NCBI GenBank assembly: GCA_965112735.1
Contig: OZ218957.1
Span: forward strand, 310,001 to 374,000
Reading direction: 5' to 3'
DNA: 64,000 bases
Source: Phaeosaccion multiseriatum
Lineage: Eukaryota; Protista; Ochrophyta, other classes
Positions 24,832 to 37,699 of the stretch are shown one piece after another. Position numbers and translations under genes: made by a program. Every line of letters begins with the position of its first letter. The first letter of the stretch is position 1. The notes beneath the pieces are model-generated. The model saw only the letters and a list, made by a program, of their open reading frames with translations. It was not told the origin of the DNA and ran no database searches.

Positions 24832-26542
24832 TCACCCTCCCCCCTGTCCCGGCTCCTCCTCCCCCTTCCTTGCCCCTCCAGCCTTGCGCATGACGTAAGC
24901 AAAGTACCCGAAACAGCCGCCGCCGCCTCCGTCCTCCTCCTCCTTCGTCACCTCGTGCGTGTCCAGTGCCCACCCATACGCCCCATCACCCCCCCTCTCT
25001 CCCCCGCTTGCGTCGAGGCTGTCGGCTTGCCCCTGACCTATGCAGTGCCGGGCGTGGTGGCCGTTGAGGTACTTGGTTCTGAAGTGGGGCTGCGCGAAAG
25101 AGATCTGCACAAACACACCCCCGGGCTTGAGCACCTGCAGTGCAGCACACATTGCATAGGCCAAGGCCGAACAAGGTTGAGCTCGTGACAGTCTGGGTCG
25201 GACTCGTCCCCTTCCTCTCCTCCGAGAGCAAATCGATAGTCCTCTCAGGCCAATATCGATGAAAGAGTCTCATGAAAGCCTCCGAAGATCGATCAAGAGC
25301 CTCCAGTTGCCCACCGGGGCCCACCCAGCCCCCCCGGAGCGACGGACGTAGCGCGCACGCACGCACGCACCCACGCATGACTTACTCACCCTGTTGACGC
25401 TGCTGCACATTTGGTGAGCCCTTTGCACCACGCTTGTGTCGGGTTGCCACACAGAGCCCTCGTCCACCATTAAAGCGTCCATCGCAGCCTTGTCCAGCAC
25501 AGAGGCGAAGCTGCTTGGGGGGGGGAGGGGAGGGGAGGGGCCCAAGGAGGAGCAGCAGGTCGAGCAGAGGTGCCCGACACAGGACTGGCATATGAGAGAC
25601 TGGCTGACTGACAGACTGGGTGCATGCTCTCTCTCTGGGCTCCCTTTTCTGCTCTCTCTCCCTCTGTCTTCGGATCTCTCTCTCTCTCTTGTCTCTCTTT
25701 TACGCTTCCTCCCTTTCTCCCCCGCTGTGGACCTCTCCCTCCGTCCCTGCCCCTCTCTCGTTCCCACCATCCCCGTCTCCCTCTCTCTCCCTCCCCTCTC
25801 TCTCCTCTCCCCTACCTCTCGTCTGGGTACTGCTCTAGGCTCAGCATGTCCGCCACTTCCCACGAGAGCCCTTCCCGGGGGGGCGTCCTTTGCTTCATAG
25901 CCTCAATGACCACCTCTGAGTAGTCCGTGGACACCACCCTCTCGAAGCCGTCGGAGGTGAGGTCCAGAGAGAAGCTCGAGTTGCCGCAGCCCACCACCAG
26001 GCATGGGCCTTGCTTGTCTACGCAGGAGTCCAGCACGCCCCTGTGGCGAGGAGGGGAGAAAGAGAAAGAGAAAGGCAAAGGAGCACAATCAACGAGGGGC
26101 AGCAAGGACCACGCCGAGAGGGATACGGGTACACTCCTGGCGTGTCGGTATGGAGAGAAGGACTCAAGTGGGACGGATGCGAGTGTGGAGGGTGTGCTGC
26201 AACTCACTTGACGTGCCGGTAGCTAAGCAACCACTCGTAGCTCTCCTCCTCTGCGAAGCGCTTCTCCCAGTACTGCGTTTAATAGAAGAGGAAGCAGTGG
26301 GTTCAGGCTTGCCAAAGAAATAATGAAGCCTTCAATGGGCATTGCATTGCAGGCTCGTATAAAATATATCTTCCTTCGTTCTTCCGTACCTCTTTCTTGC
26401 CGTATTGTTTGTTGTCCTCCTGCTCCTCCACACCGTCTTCGCCAGTGCTCCCTGAAGCTCGACCTGCAGCTCCCGCCGCTTCTGCTAGGGCTTCATCTGT
26501 TTCCACTTCATCTACTGTATTCCCCACGCTTTCTTCAGCCAT
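24832..26542 (-). CDS. EEF1AKMT4: Class I SAM-dependent methyltransferase, EEF1AKMT4/ECE2-like, ~5 exons
   Basis: YGKKE|YWEKRFAEEESYEWL, LVVGCGNSSFSLDL, DYSEVVIEAM, VADM, VLDKAAMDALMVD..SVW, VLKPGGVFVQISFAQPHFRTKYL. Confidence 0.85.
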
Positions 26543-26881
26543 TAGAGGACAGAGGGGAGGGAGGAAGGGGGAAGGAGGTGGGAGAGAGGGAGAAGAGAGA
26601 TTGGAGAGGATATGTGGATGGCAGTGGAAGGCCTCCTCCTCTCTCTCTCTTGAATCCTCTTGTGCTCCCGTTCCTCATCCTTCACGGAGAGTAGCCGGAT
26701 AAACATGTCTTGGTGCTGTAGACTCCAGGCGCTGAGCAAGCCCGTGTTGTCCTTGTTCCTCCTGTGCAGCGGGGTAAGGACGCTGGTGGTTCTTCCCCTC
26801 TCCTCTCGCTCCTCCTGTTCTTCTTCTTCCCCCTCTGGGTGTCATCCTCCTCCTCCTCCTCCTGCTCCCCGTCTTGCACCA

Positions 26882-27429
26882 TCACCTCCTCCTCCTGCTG
26901 CTGCTCCTCCTTAACATCAGTCTGCCCCTCCTCCTCAACTTCAGTCTCTTCCTCCTTCTGCTCTTCCTCCCTCTCCTCCTCCTCCTCCTCCTCCTCCCAC
27001 TCAACTCCTCCTCCTCCTCCTCCCCCTCCTCCTCGTTAAGGTGACCAAGCTCAATCCCAAGTTTGCGGGCGATGGACTGCACAACTACCTTGTCAACCGC
27101 TACCGATCGAACCTCAAGCCGCTGTGGGTCGAAGCTACGGGTGTTGAATTTGATGCGGACGACGTGAGGGAGATGGTGGCCACGTGAGTAGCAGTACGAG
27201 AGGAATCACGCCGCTCCGGTGGTTGGGAAGGTGCTCAGGAAAAGGTGTTGGCCGGAAAGAAGGCCAAGGCAGGCGCTCATCTGCGTGAGCCAGCCCGGGC
27301 CGAAGCCCATGCGAGGCACCTCGGCACTCACTCTTTTCGTGCGCCTTTGTACAGGGTGGAGCTGGTTGGCGCGTTCCTGCTGTTCGTGCCGGCGCTATCC
27401 TCAGGAGTACTTGTCCTCTTGTCCGCCAT
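26882..27429 (-). pseudogene. Degenerate AP2-domain-like coding remnant (one frameshift, one stop)
   Basis: SSTLYKGARK / ...GWLTQMSAC...HLFLSTFPTTGAA*FLSYCY...RIKFN loosely follows the AP2 pattern YKGVR..W.A.I...LGTF.T...AA.AYD...NF. Confidence 0.25.
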
Positions 27430-28517
27430 GATGCTCACCTCGCTCTACGCGCACGTAAGTCGTGTGTCAGGGCCTTGACTCTTCTGCTGTGCACCCTCCC
27501 CTCCCCTCCCCTCCCCTCCCCTCCTCTCCTCTCCTCTCCTCTCTGGTCATCACTCGCCAGCTTGACGCCTCTCCATGCCCCCCTCCCCGCTGCCCCTACC
27601 CCCTTGCCCCTCTCCGTGTAGTCTGAATTGGGCGAGACAGGGGTGGACATGGCGACTCCTCTGCTGATGCTCGCGTGCTGTGTAGGCGCCGCCCTCCAGG
27701 GACAGCGAAAGCCCTCGGTCTGCAAGGCACAAGCACAGGGGCAGTCTCGGCCCGCCAAGGGACAGGTGCAGGTGAGGGAGGAGGGGGAAGGACGCCAGGC
27801 AAGAAGGCCAGGCCAGTCCTGTGGGGGGTGGGTAGGGGGAGGGGAGGCTCACGTGTCTGCTATCCATATGGTGCCTTCTCCCGCGCCCCTCGTATCATGG
27901 CCTCTTACGCCCCCCACCCTTGGCTCTCTGTGTCTCTCCTTGCCCCTCTGACCCCTGCTTTCTGCGTGTATTTACTCCAATACTCTGCTGCTCTGGTCTG
28001 CTGTCCTCTGCCCATATGCCTTTACTCTGGCTCTGGTGGCATGCTGTCCTCCCTGTCTCTTTTGTTGTGGCTCTTTTGCCGTCGTCAAGTCGCGAACGAA
28101 CAAGAAGGGCAACTGAGAAGAATGAGAACGAGAAGGGTACGGGAGAAGAATGAGAAGGCCCGGTGGGGACAGGACTGCTGGTGTGCATGCAGCAGCAGCA
28201 GCAGCAGCAGCAGCAGCTGGCAACAGACAGACTGACTGACAGTGACTGACTGACTGACTTGCTGAGAACCGCCCCCCCCCCTTCTGGCGCCTCGACGCGT
28301 TTGAAGGGGTGAGTGTCGAGTGAGGCAGGCGGGAGAGAATGTGTCCACCAGGTCGACAAGAGAAGAAGGGGGTAGAGAGAGAGAGTGTACATAAAAAAAA
28401 AAAAAGGAGGAGGGAGCGGGGACAAAAAAACGAGACTGAAACTGAAACTGGATCGCTGACGAGGTGAGCCGATGATTTAACAGAGCGTAATAAGACATAT
28501 AAGACGCGAATACAGAG

Positions 28518-29644
28518 ATGAGGGTTTGGTTACTGCTTCTCGCCCTCCAGGCGCTTGCGAGCCAGGAAGTTGCTTCTGCCTTTGTCGTCAGTAGCAACAG
28601 CATCTGTAGAAACAGCTTTGACGGGCGGCCAGGCGCAGGGCATGGTGTGCCTCGGAGCACCAGCAGTCAGGGGAGGACGAGCGTAGCTACGCTGTCTATG
28701 CTTCAGGTGATCGATATTTTCTTGATTGTTTGTTGATCTGCTGTGTGAACTGTGGACAAGTCCTGCAAGGGAGAGGAGAGAGTGTTCTTCCTCTACGTCT
28801 GCCTGCCTGACCTCTGATGTGCCTCTATGCGCGTCAGATTAAGCCCCTGGAGGTGGCGGAGGCTTCAAGTGTGGCCAACTTCTTCGTGAACAGCTTTTGG
28901 GCCTCCGGCGGTATCACCCCCGGCCAAGCTAACAGGCTGGCCAAGGAGCAGGCCTTGGACCTCAAGAGGAAGTACTCCCCGCCCATGAGGGGCCAGAAGA
29001 AGGCAAGTAGGGCATTAAGCCTCGTCGATAGAGTGCCAATGGTCGCGCTCCTCATTCTGTTCCACCCCAGAACGGTCCATGGCCCGCCTCTCCCTCTTCC
29101 TCTCACCCGCTCTGCTCACGGTGCCTACTACATGTGTCCACTACAGGCGCAGGGGGTGTTCCTCGTGGCAACGGACAAAGAGGACTCGTACGTGGGCTGC
29201 GCGGGGGTGGACGTGGGGCCCGTGGGCTACGAGGTGACAGGGCTGCAGCAGGTATGGTAGGGTGGGGTAGGTGGAGTGCATTGGGGGCATTGACGGGGTC
29301 GCTGCTTGGGGTGCGAGAGAAGCCGTCTGCCTCAGAGCGATATGATGCCGCTTTCACCGCTTGGAGATGCACCGCCTGACGCTTCTCCCCCCATCTCCCC
29401 CCTCTTGATGTATGTGTGTGTGTGTGCGCGCGTGTACATGTCCGTAGCTGCGGGCGGACGAGGCCCGGCCCCGGCCTTTGTTGTCCAACGTGACGGTGTC
29501 CTTCAAGGCGCGCAGGAAAGGCGTGGCCAAGAAGCTTGTCAGGGAGTGCGAGAAGACTGTCAAGGTCAGTGGGCAGGCACGGAGGAGGAGGAGGAGCGCC
29601 CGCCTTGGTGCCTCTCTCTCCACACTGCTGAGCTCCTCTGCCTG

Positions 29645-29681
<37 letters not shown>

Positions 29682-29848
29682 CATGCGTGGTTCTGCAGGA
29701 GTGGGGCTTCGACGAGATGACCTTGCTGGTGCGGGAGGACAACAAGGCCGCTGTGCGCCTCTACAAGAAGCTCGGCTACAAGACGCTCTCCAAAAACCCC
29801 TACGGCAAGACCCTCAAGGTGTGTGTGTGCGTGTGTGTGTGTGTGTGG

Positions 29849-29879
<31 letters not shown>

Positions 29880-30112
29880 GGTGGGTGTGTGTGTGTGTGA
29901 GTGAACAGTGTGTGCGTGGGCTTGCTCGGTCCCTTTCTGATGTGTCCTTTCACGCACTCACGCACGCACCCACCCAACCCCTCCCCCTTCCTGTGTTCCT
30001 GCCCTGGAAGGTGACTCCTTCGTCGCTGCAGAATGTACCCTGCACGACTGTCTTCATGCGTAAGAGCCTGAGCGGCCCCTTGGAGTCAATATTGGAGCTC
30101 TTCGGACAGTGA
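28518..30112 (+). CDS. Plastid-targeted GNAT acetyltransferase, ~6 exons
   Basis: Signal + VASAFV; LSNVTVSFKARRKGVAKKLV (motif A), LLVREDNKAAVRLYKKLGY (motif B); one GC-AG intron (AAG|GCAAGT near 29003). Confidence 0.88.
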
Positions 30113-31230
30113 TGATGAGGGGAAGGCTCTGACTGCATCGCAGCGTGCAAAAGGGCCTACTACGTAACTACTACGTAGAGGACACAATTGGAGGAATGGG
30201 CACTCCTTATCTGGAGGGCCTCTGACAGTTTCGCCAATGGAACTGAAACGCATCATCCGCGATACACCACACTCATCCGAGCGCGCCCCTTGGGGTCCCT
30301 CCGAGCGCGCCCCTTGGGGTCCCTCTGTGGCTTGGGCCTCTTCGGTGTCCATTGTCCATTGGCGAGAGAGATAGAGAGAAGCGGAGCAGGTCCTCCTTTG
30401 GAGGGCTGAGGGCAGACGGCAGCAGAAGGCTGAGGGCGAAGGGCCGAGGGGCGCAGGAGGGTGGAGGCGGGTGATGCCGCCTCCACTTACCTTCCACTGC
30501 CTTCCATGGGCCCTGACCCAAGCAGTGCAGGTGCTGTATCACCAAGTGCCTTGGCTGCCCGGCGGTACCAATCGGTCGGGAGAGGGCTGCAGAGTGTGCT
30601 GACGTTTATGTCAGTGGGAGGGCCCGAGGCACTTAGACGGTTGGCGTGCGTGGTGGTGTCAATACAGACACACACACACACGCACACACACACATGCTTT
30701 GATGTAGGCAAGAGGGCGAACGAGAGAGACAGACGGCTGCCCCTAAAGCTACGATACAGATACAGGTTCACAGATGGAAGAGACGAAGCACCACCTAGTG
30801 AACTAGCATATCCCCTCGCGGAGGGTGCAGGTGTATGGGTATGGGTGAGCAGTTCAACATGGTGGGGTCGACATTCGTTTGAAGTGCCTGTCGAAGGGGT
30901 GGCAGTAGATGTAACGGCTTCTTGCTTCGGCACTGGCTTGCCGCTGAAGGGCTGAACCCCATTCTTAATTAAAGCATATATGAATATTTGAATGGGTTGT
31001 TCATTGCGTTATTACGGCCAGAGCAGCGGGTGAGGCGGTTCATGCTGATTTCCTCTCTCTCTCGCCTCTCTCGAGGTGCATTACTTCGGGTTTCACTCAA
31101 CCCCCCCTCCCCCTCTTGATGCAAGTCAAGACCGGGCTGACCCACACGCTCGAGAAAAAGGTAGCCACGGGCCAGCGCGACGCACTCACATGCTTTCGCA
31201 GCCCCCCCGTGCCTCTGTTCACACAAGACC

Positions 31231-31695
31231 TCACACGACGCCCTTGTTTGCCTTTGACCTCCCACGGGCCTCCGCGGCGAAGGTGGTATTCCTCTGCAGC
31301 TTGGCCTTCTTGGGTCCCTTCTTGGGTCCCCCCCCCCCTCCCCCTCCTGCGGCTTCGCTGCGGATATCTCTGAGCACGTCGCCGCCCTTGCGCTTGCTGC
31401 CTGGCGTGTCGTCGCAGGCGAAGGGGTTGAGGCTGCGCCCCCCCTGGGGCGTGCCCCCCTGGGTCCTGCCCTTACCCACAGGAGAGTCGTCTTCATCGCC
31501 GGACGTGGTGGGCGACGCAGGGGCCTCCTCCCTCCCGTCTCGACCCCCCCTGGCCTTGCTACCCCTCCTCGCCTGGTGCGGTTCGTCCCCAGCCCCCTCC
31601 TCGTCCTCGTCCTCCTCCTCCTCCTCCTCCTCCTCGTCGTCGTCGCCACCGCCGTACCTCGGCCCGCCGCTCCTTGGTCCCTTGGCGCGCTGTGC

Positions 31696-31736
<41 letters not shown>

Positions 31737-33405
31737 GTTTGAGTTTGAGCTTCTTGTCCGCCTCGTGCCTGCGGGCGATGTCCGCGATGGGCCCCTCGGA
31801 CAAGCGCTTCGGCGCCCTTCCCCCGTAACCGCCATACCCGCCGCCCCCGTCGTCTCCCCCTCCCCCCTCCCCGTCCTCGTCCTCCTCGCCATCCCTCCTT
31901 TGCCTGTCCAGCAGCTGCTTGTGCACGGCCCCTGCCAGCCCCACAAGATTGTGCCTGTTGGCAAGCTGCACAGCGATGCCCAGCGCCTTGTCGAGCTGAA
32001 GACGCCCCGCCAGCTCCAGCGCCCTCAGCGGCTTCTCCAGGCGGCACGCCTTCTCGAACATTCGGATGGTGAGGCTGTCGAGCTTCGACTGCTGCACCAC
32101 CAACTGCTCCTCCAGCTCATCCTCCCCCAGCCCGTCCACCTGTGGGAAGAGAGAGATGGAGAGAATCGAGGGGGGATGGATTAGGACAGACGTGTGGATA
32201 GAGAGAATCGAGGGAGGATGTATTCGGGCAGATGTGTGGATAGAGAGAATCGAGGGGGGATGTATTTGGGCAGATGTGTGGATAGAGAGGGCCGCAGGAG
32301 GAGGGCCAAGCAGGAGGCGGGCATACATCCGGCCAGGCCAAGCAGAGCATCTTCACCTCATCACCTCATCAAATACCTTCCCTCTCACCTCCACCTGCCT
32401 CTCCACGCAGAGTTCCTTCTGCCGGATGCTCATGTTGCCGCTCAAGAAGGCCGCCTCGTACCCCCCCACGTCCTTTCCCTCCGAGGCAGGGTTCTTGAGC
32501 AGCAACAAGTCGAGCTCCAGCACGGTGAGCACGGGGCGGGGGAAGGTGGTAGGGTGCTCCTCCCCGCCCTTGAGCGTGACGCACACGAGCTGCCCGTTGA
32601 GTACCGCCACTGGCCAGGAGCGGTCGCTGTCGTTCCTGCGGGCGGCCACGGTGTCGAGGAGGGGGGTCCACTGATCACCGAAGGAGCGGCACAGCCCGGT
32701 GAGCACGCCTGAAGGAAGGAGCCGAGCAAAGCATTTGGCCCAGAGAAAGGCAAAGCAGTGAGTAGAGTCACAAACGACAGCGCAGGCAAAGTAGTAGGCA
32801 AACGGCAGTTGAGCAGCAGTGCCAGGGCGGCGGGGATAGGCAAGATGGCAGTGGATGGAGATGGCAGTGGATAGAGATGGTGGTACACTCAGTCAACAGG
32901 CCTCCGCACTCCGAACTCGTTGCTTGCTTCCTTCCCTCCGAGGTCGAAGGTCGAACCGAATGTCACGGTGAGTGAGGTCAAATGTCAAGATCGAATCTCT
33001 CTGAATCGAATGCCACTCTCGATCACTCACCAGCGGAGTCCATGCCCACGAGGGTTCGGTCGTCGCCAAATCCGAGCCACTCCAGCGTGGCCCCCGGGGA
33101 CAAGCTCAACGGCCCCTGCGCCAGCTGCCGCCCCCCGGGGACGTCAAGCAACTTGAAGGCTAGACCCTGCCCCATGCTAGCAGAGGGGCTATGGGCGTGG
33201 TAGACGAGGGCTAGGAGAGGTCCTGCCCCGCAGGAGGTCACCACCGGGCCAGGCAGGCACAGCACTGCCCCCTGCAGGCCCGAGGCGGTGAAGGTGCGCA
33301 CCAGGCCACGGGTGGTGCACGCGGCCACCCATCTGTACAAAGAGGAAGGACAACCGTGTACATGTTGGTCAGCCTTTCTCTCTCTCTCTCTCTCTCTCTC
33401 TCCCC

Positions 33406-33440
<35 letters not shown>

Positions 33441-35558
33441 CCTCTCTCCCTCTCCCTCCCTCTCTCCCTCTCCCTCCCTCCCTCCCTCCCCCTCTCTCAC
33501 CCCTTGCCGCAGGCCACGCCGAGCACGCCCTCTCCCCTGGGCAGCGCCTTGGTCCAGCTGCTGGCGGCTCCCCGGCGTGCCGTGCTGACGTAGTAGAGCA
33601 CGCTTTTGCCGCCCTCTTCGCCGCCCTCGGAGGTGCCGTCATCGTCCTCCTCCATGGCGCTGACGTGTGTGCGTGTGTGTGTGTGTGCAGATACGACGTG
33701 GAGAAGGAGGAGCAGAGCAGCCACGGTTGGTGATACAGCGGCAGGCAAACACTTCGTTTCGTCTCGTTGTGTTTTGTTCGTTCGACGGTGGATCAAAGTG
33801 GCGCAAAGAGGAGTGACGGTATATAAGCAATTACACCACTGCCCCTCACCCCCCAGCCCTATCCTCGCCATGCTTGCCATCCTGCCATCCCCTTTCACCC
33901 CCCTTCACCCCGCCTCACCTGGCGAACACTGCCCCGTCCCCCCCAAGGGCGGCCATAACGAATCCCCAAGTGTCTGAGAAGCGCTGTGCCCTCCCCGCAG
34001 ACATGTCGGAGAAAGAAACCTCCACCGCGTTGTGAGAGCCCTGCACGTAGGCCATGGATAGGGGGGGATGGCAGTGGATGAGGAGGAGGAGGGGGGGGGG
34101 TGGCAGTGGATGAGGTAAGGGGCCAGCCGCGCGATACGATAAGGGCCGGACAGAAAGGCTTCAGGCGAGGGGCGCACAAGCCTCTCCCGCCTATACCCAT
34201 ACGCCTGTCTGCATGCCCATACGCCTGTCTGCCTGCCCATACGCCTGCCTGCCTGCCCATACGCCTGTCTGCCTGCCCATACGCCTGCCTGCCTGCCCAT
34301 ACGCCTGCCTGCCTACACGCCTGCCTGCCTGCCTGCCTGCCCATACGCCTGCCTGCCTGCCCATACGCCTGCCTGTCTACACGCCTGTCTGCCTGCCCAT
34401 ACGCCTGACCTCATCGACGGAGGTGATGGTGCCCAGCGCGTTCCAGCAGAGGTACCTCCTCCTGCTGCCGAGCGGCGTGGAAGAGGGCTGGAAGGGGTCC
34501 TGCGGGGCTATGACATCGCTGTCGTGCCCTCCTCCGCCCCCGCCGTAGGGGTCGGCGTACAGGTCTTCTCCCGTGGCCTCCCCCCCGGCGGCGTTCTCTA
34601 GATCCATGTCGTCGTTTGCGGCGCCCCCCGGGTTCGTGTTGTCTCCCTCCCCCTCCCCCTCCCCCTCCCCACCCCCGCCCTCCCCGTCGCCTCGTTCGTC
34701 CCCTTCGTCTCCCTCCGCAGCCTCCGCCGCCTCTTCATCGAGGAATCGCCTCTTCATGGTTTCCACGCTGTCCTCCCCGAGCTCAAGCCCTTCGTCATCT
34801 GAATCGCCATCTGTGGTTCGGGGCTGCACCGCCTTGGCCGCCGCCTTGGTCGGTGCCTTTCCTGAGAAGCCGCCCTCCCCCTTGCTGGCACCCTGCTTGT
34901 CCTTCTGTCCCTCCTCGCCGACGATCTTCTGCGCCTCCTCTGCTTTGGCCTTGCCGGTCGCCGCCTCCGCCCCTTCCTGTCGCAGCTCCTTCTGCGTCTC
35001 GGTGCGCCCCTCTTCCTCCCCCTCCCCATCCTCCTGCAACTCTGTCTCCGTCTCCGCTGCAGCCTTCGCAGCCGGCGCACTGGCACGCACTCCCTCGGGC
35101 ACGGGGTCATGAATCTCGCCCCTCTCGCCCGCGCTCGTTACGAAGGCGAGCGCCCCATAGGCCTTATTGCCCCCCCCTTGCCCTTCCACCCACTCCATGC
35201 CCGATAGGGTGGACCGGTCGGCCTTGTCGAGCAGCAGCAGCCTGACGGGTGCGTCCCCCTCCGTACCTGGCGTCAAGTCCCACACCGCCACCCTCTGATC
35301 CAGCCCTGCCGTGGCGAGGTACTTTCCGTCTTTAGAGAAGCTTAGCACAGCGATGGCGGCCACGTGTCCGTCCGCGCGCTTCTCCGGGGCGAGGTAGGTG
35401 CCATCCTTTGCCCACTCCCCCGTGCGCACGAGCAGGGCCGCGCGGTCTCCGGGCAGCGCAAGAGAGTGCCCCGAGGGGTGCCACGCCAAGCCGCCCACCT
35501 GATGACATAGCGCACAGTGTGGTAGTAAGTCAGCGGAACGGAGAGAGTAGGTTTATAG

Positions 35559-35591
<33 letters not shown>

Positions 35592-36983
35592 TGTGTGTGT
35601 GTGTGTGTGACCGAGTGACCCAGCGCGGTAAGTCCAGCCTCCCGCCGTCTCCCCCTCCTTTGTCATTGTCATGGGCCCACACGATGCGGGGCGGCAGCTC
35701 TTTCAAGTGGGACACGCGCACTTCTTTCCCAGCCGCGATAGACACAGGCCCTGCCCTGGCGGTGAGGGAGGCATTGACTGACACGCTCACCTGCTTGGTT
35801 GAGCTGGCCGGCGTCTCCTTGTCGCAGCAGCGCTTCGTCATGACGCACTCGCAGGACAAGTCGTCCAGGGACGGGGACACCGCCCACACCTGACACAAGG
35901 CACATACATACATACACAGGTGCCGGGCAGAGTGGGTCAGGGGCTTCATTTCTGTCTTGTAGTATTGTAGTCTCCTGAGAGGGTGTCTTGCCCCCAGGTA
36001 GTGACCAGGAGGGGACTGAAACCTCCCACTCCCACTCCCTCTCCCACTCACCTTGGCCATACCGTCGAACCCCGTGCTGGCGAGTAGCTCCCCCTCGGGG
36101 TGCCACTTGACGGCTCGGATGGCCCCGTCGTGCCCCTCGAGCGTCACCAGCAGAGAGGGGTTCTCCACCATGACGACGCGGAGCCCGGGCTCCTCTCCGG
36201 CAGCGGCCAGTAGCGAGCCGTCAGGGCTGAAGGCCACTGCACGCACCTTGGCGGAGAAGCGCGTGAGATTGCTCACAAACTATCGATGGAGAGAGAAGGC
36301 GAGGGAGATGGGCCAGAGAAACGGGACGCGTTCGGGAGAGGGAGTGAGTGAGGGCGAGGGAGAAGGAAGAGAGAGAGGGGGGTGGGCGGGAGGGGGCGTG
36401 TGATATAGTTGCAGTGGCTGGGAGGTGGGAGGGTCAAAGGAGGAAGTCAGTGGGACCCACGGCAGAGGGAGCTTGCACTGACCTCAAAGGAGGGCAGCTG
36501 GAAGAGCTTGACAAAGCCGTCTGCGAAGCCCACTGCGGCCTGCTTGGTGTGTGGGTGTAGCGAGAGGGAGGTGGCTTCCTCCTCGAATTCGTGCGAGGCA
36601 AGATGCGCCCCTGTCAAGGGGTTGCAGATCTGCAGGAGGAAGGAGGAATGGAGTGGGTGATCAGGTCGTGCGGTCAACTTGCTCGCCCTCGCTCTAGCCC
36701 TGCATGCCGCCAGTGCCGCCGCTTCCCTAGTGCCTGGAAGCTGCTGCTCTGGGCAAGAGGCAGGGGTCAGCTGCCCTGCGGCCCACAAAACAAAAACAAA
36801 AACAAAAAAACTCACCTCCACCTTTCCATCCTCTCCGCACGAGGCCGCCACCACTTCAGTGCGTGCATCCCCTTCGCCCCCAACCAGACACCGCCCTACC
36901 GCAAAGCCGCACACGCCCGCTCCGTGCACTCTGCGCAGCGAGTTGGCGAGCTCTGAGAGCCGCTCCGGCTCGACAGACGACAT
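31231..36983 (-). CDS. WDHD1: WDHD1/And-1/Ctf4 replisome hub protein (WD40 + SepB), multi-exon
   Basis: N-terminal WD40s (LTRFSAKVRAVAFSPDGSLLAAAGEE, LEGHDGAIRAVKWHPEGELLAS), SepB signature PQDPFQPSSTPLGSRRRYLCWNALGTI, WVAACTTRGLVRTFT, QWTPLLD..WPV, LDSLTIRMFEKAC..RALELA. Confidence 0.9.
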
Positions 36984-37257
36984 AATCCTTTTTAATCAGT
37001 TGTTGGCGTTTTCCGTGCGGGCCTGCCGCTTTATACACGGCAAGAACGCCAGCACGAGCGCAGAGGGCTACCTTAGCTTCACTACGCGTGGAGCTGCTCT
37101 TCTGTGCTCCTCCTACTGTAGCTGCTGCTGTCCCCCGAGTATAGTGTGCTGTTGGATTGATTCAAAAAAAAAATTTGATCATCCCGTCGCGGAGCCCCAA
37201 AACGCTTGGTTCTGGGCGGGAATGAGGGGGGGTGAGAAAAAAGAAAAAAGGCGAGTG

Positions 37258-37430
37258 CCGGCCCCTGACAAGGTTCTGAGGCGACCCAGGTTCCAGATTC
37301 TGGCCGGCGCCAGCTGACCAAGTTCCAGGCTCTGACCGGCGCCAGCCGGCCAGGTTCCAGGTTCTGGGGGAAAGCCATGTAGTAAGGCAATGATGAGGGC
37401 CAAGGCTGCTCTGCCAAGCCTCGCCAGCGA
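37258..37430. mobile_element. MITE family A, second copy (right TIR mostly deleted), 6-bp TSD CGAGTG
   Basis: Left end CCGGCCCCTGACAAGGTTCTGAGGCGACCCAGG and internal body match 20918-21078; ends in ...CGA; CGAGTG at 37252-37257 and 37431-37436. Confidence 0.85.
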
Positions 37431-37437
37431 CGAGTGA

Positions 37438-37692
37438 TCGGCCCCCCGCGAGGTTTCTCTGGCCCCCGATAAGCAGAAGCCAGAGGCGGCCTGCGGCCGA
37501 AAGCCGAGAAGCCAGGGGCTGGGCTGCGACCAGCAGAAGCCAGTCACCAGCCAGCCAGCCAGCGGGGAAGAGAGGCGGCCTACAGCCGAAAACCGAGAAG
37601 CCAGCGCTGGCCTGCGGCCAGAAGCCCGAAACTAGGAGGGGGCTACTGCCCGCCCAGAAGCCAGGAGCCTGAGAAACCTCGCGGGGGGGCGA
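37438..37692. mobile_element. MITE family B, second copy (255 bp), 6-bp TSD GAGTGA
   Basis: TCGGCCCCCCGCGAGGTTTCTC...GAGAAACCTCGCGGGGGGGCGA; GAGTGA at 37432-37437 and 37693-37698; body homologous to 24288-24491. Confidence 0.9.
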
Positions 37693-37699
37693 GAGTGAG

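Noticed and set aside
30231-30365. 11-bp inverted repeat TCGCCAATGGA...TCCATTGGCGA as another MITE
   Set aside because: Too short, no flanking target duplication, no second copy in the window.
30461-30955. ORFs between the GNAT and WDHD1 3' ends
   Set aside because: No recognisable motifs, contains a CA microsatellite, likely UTR or intergenic.
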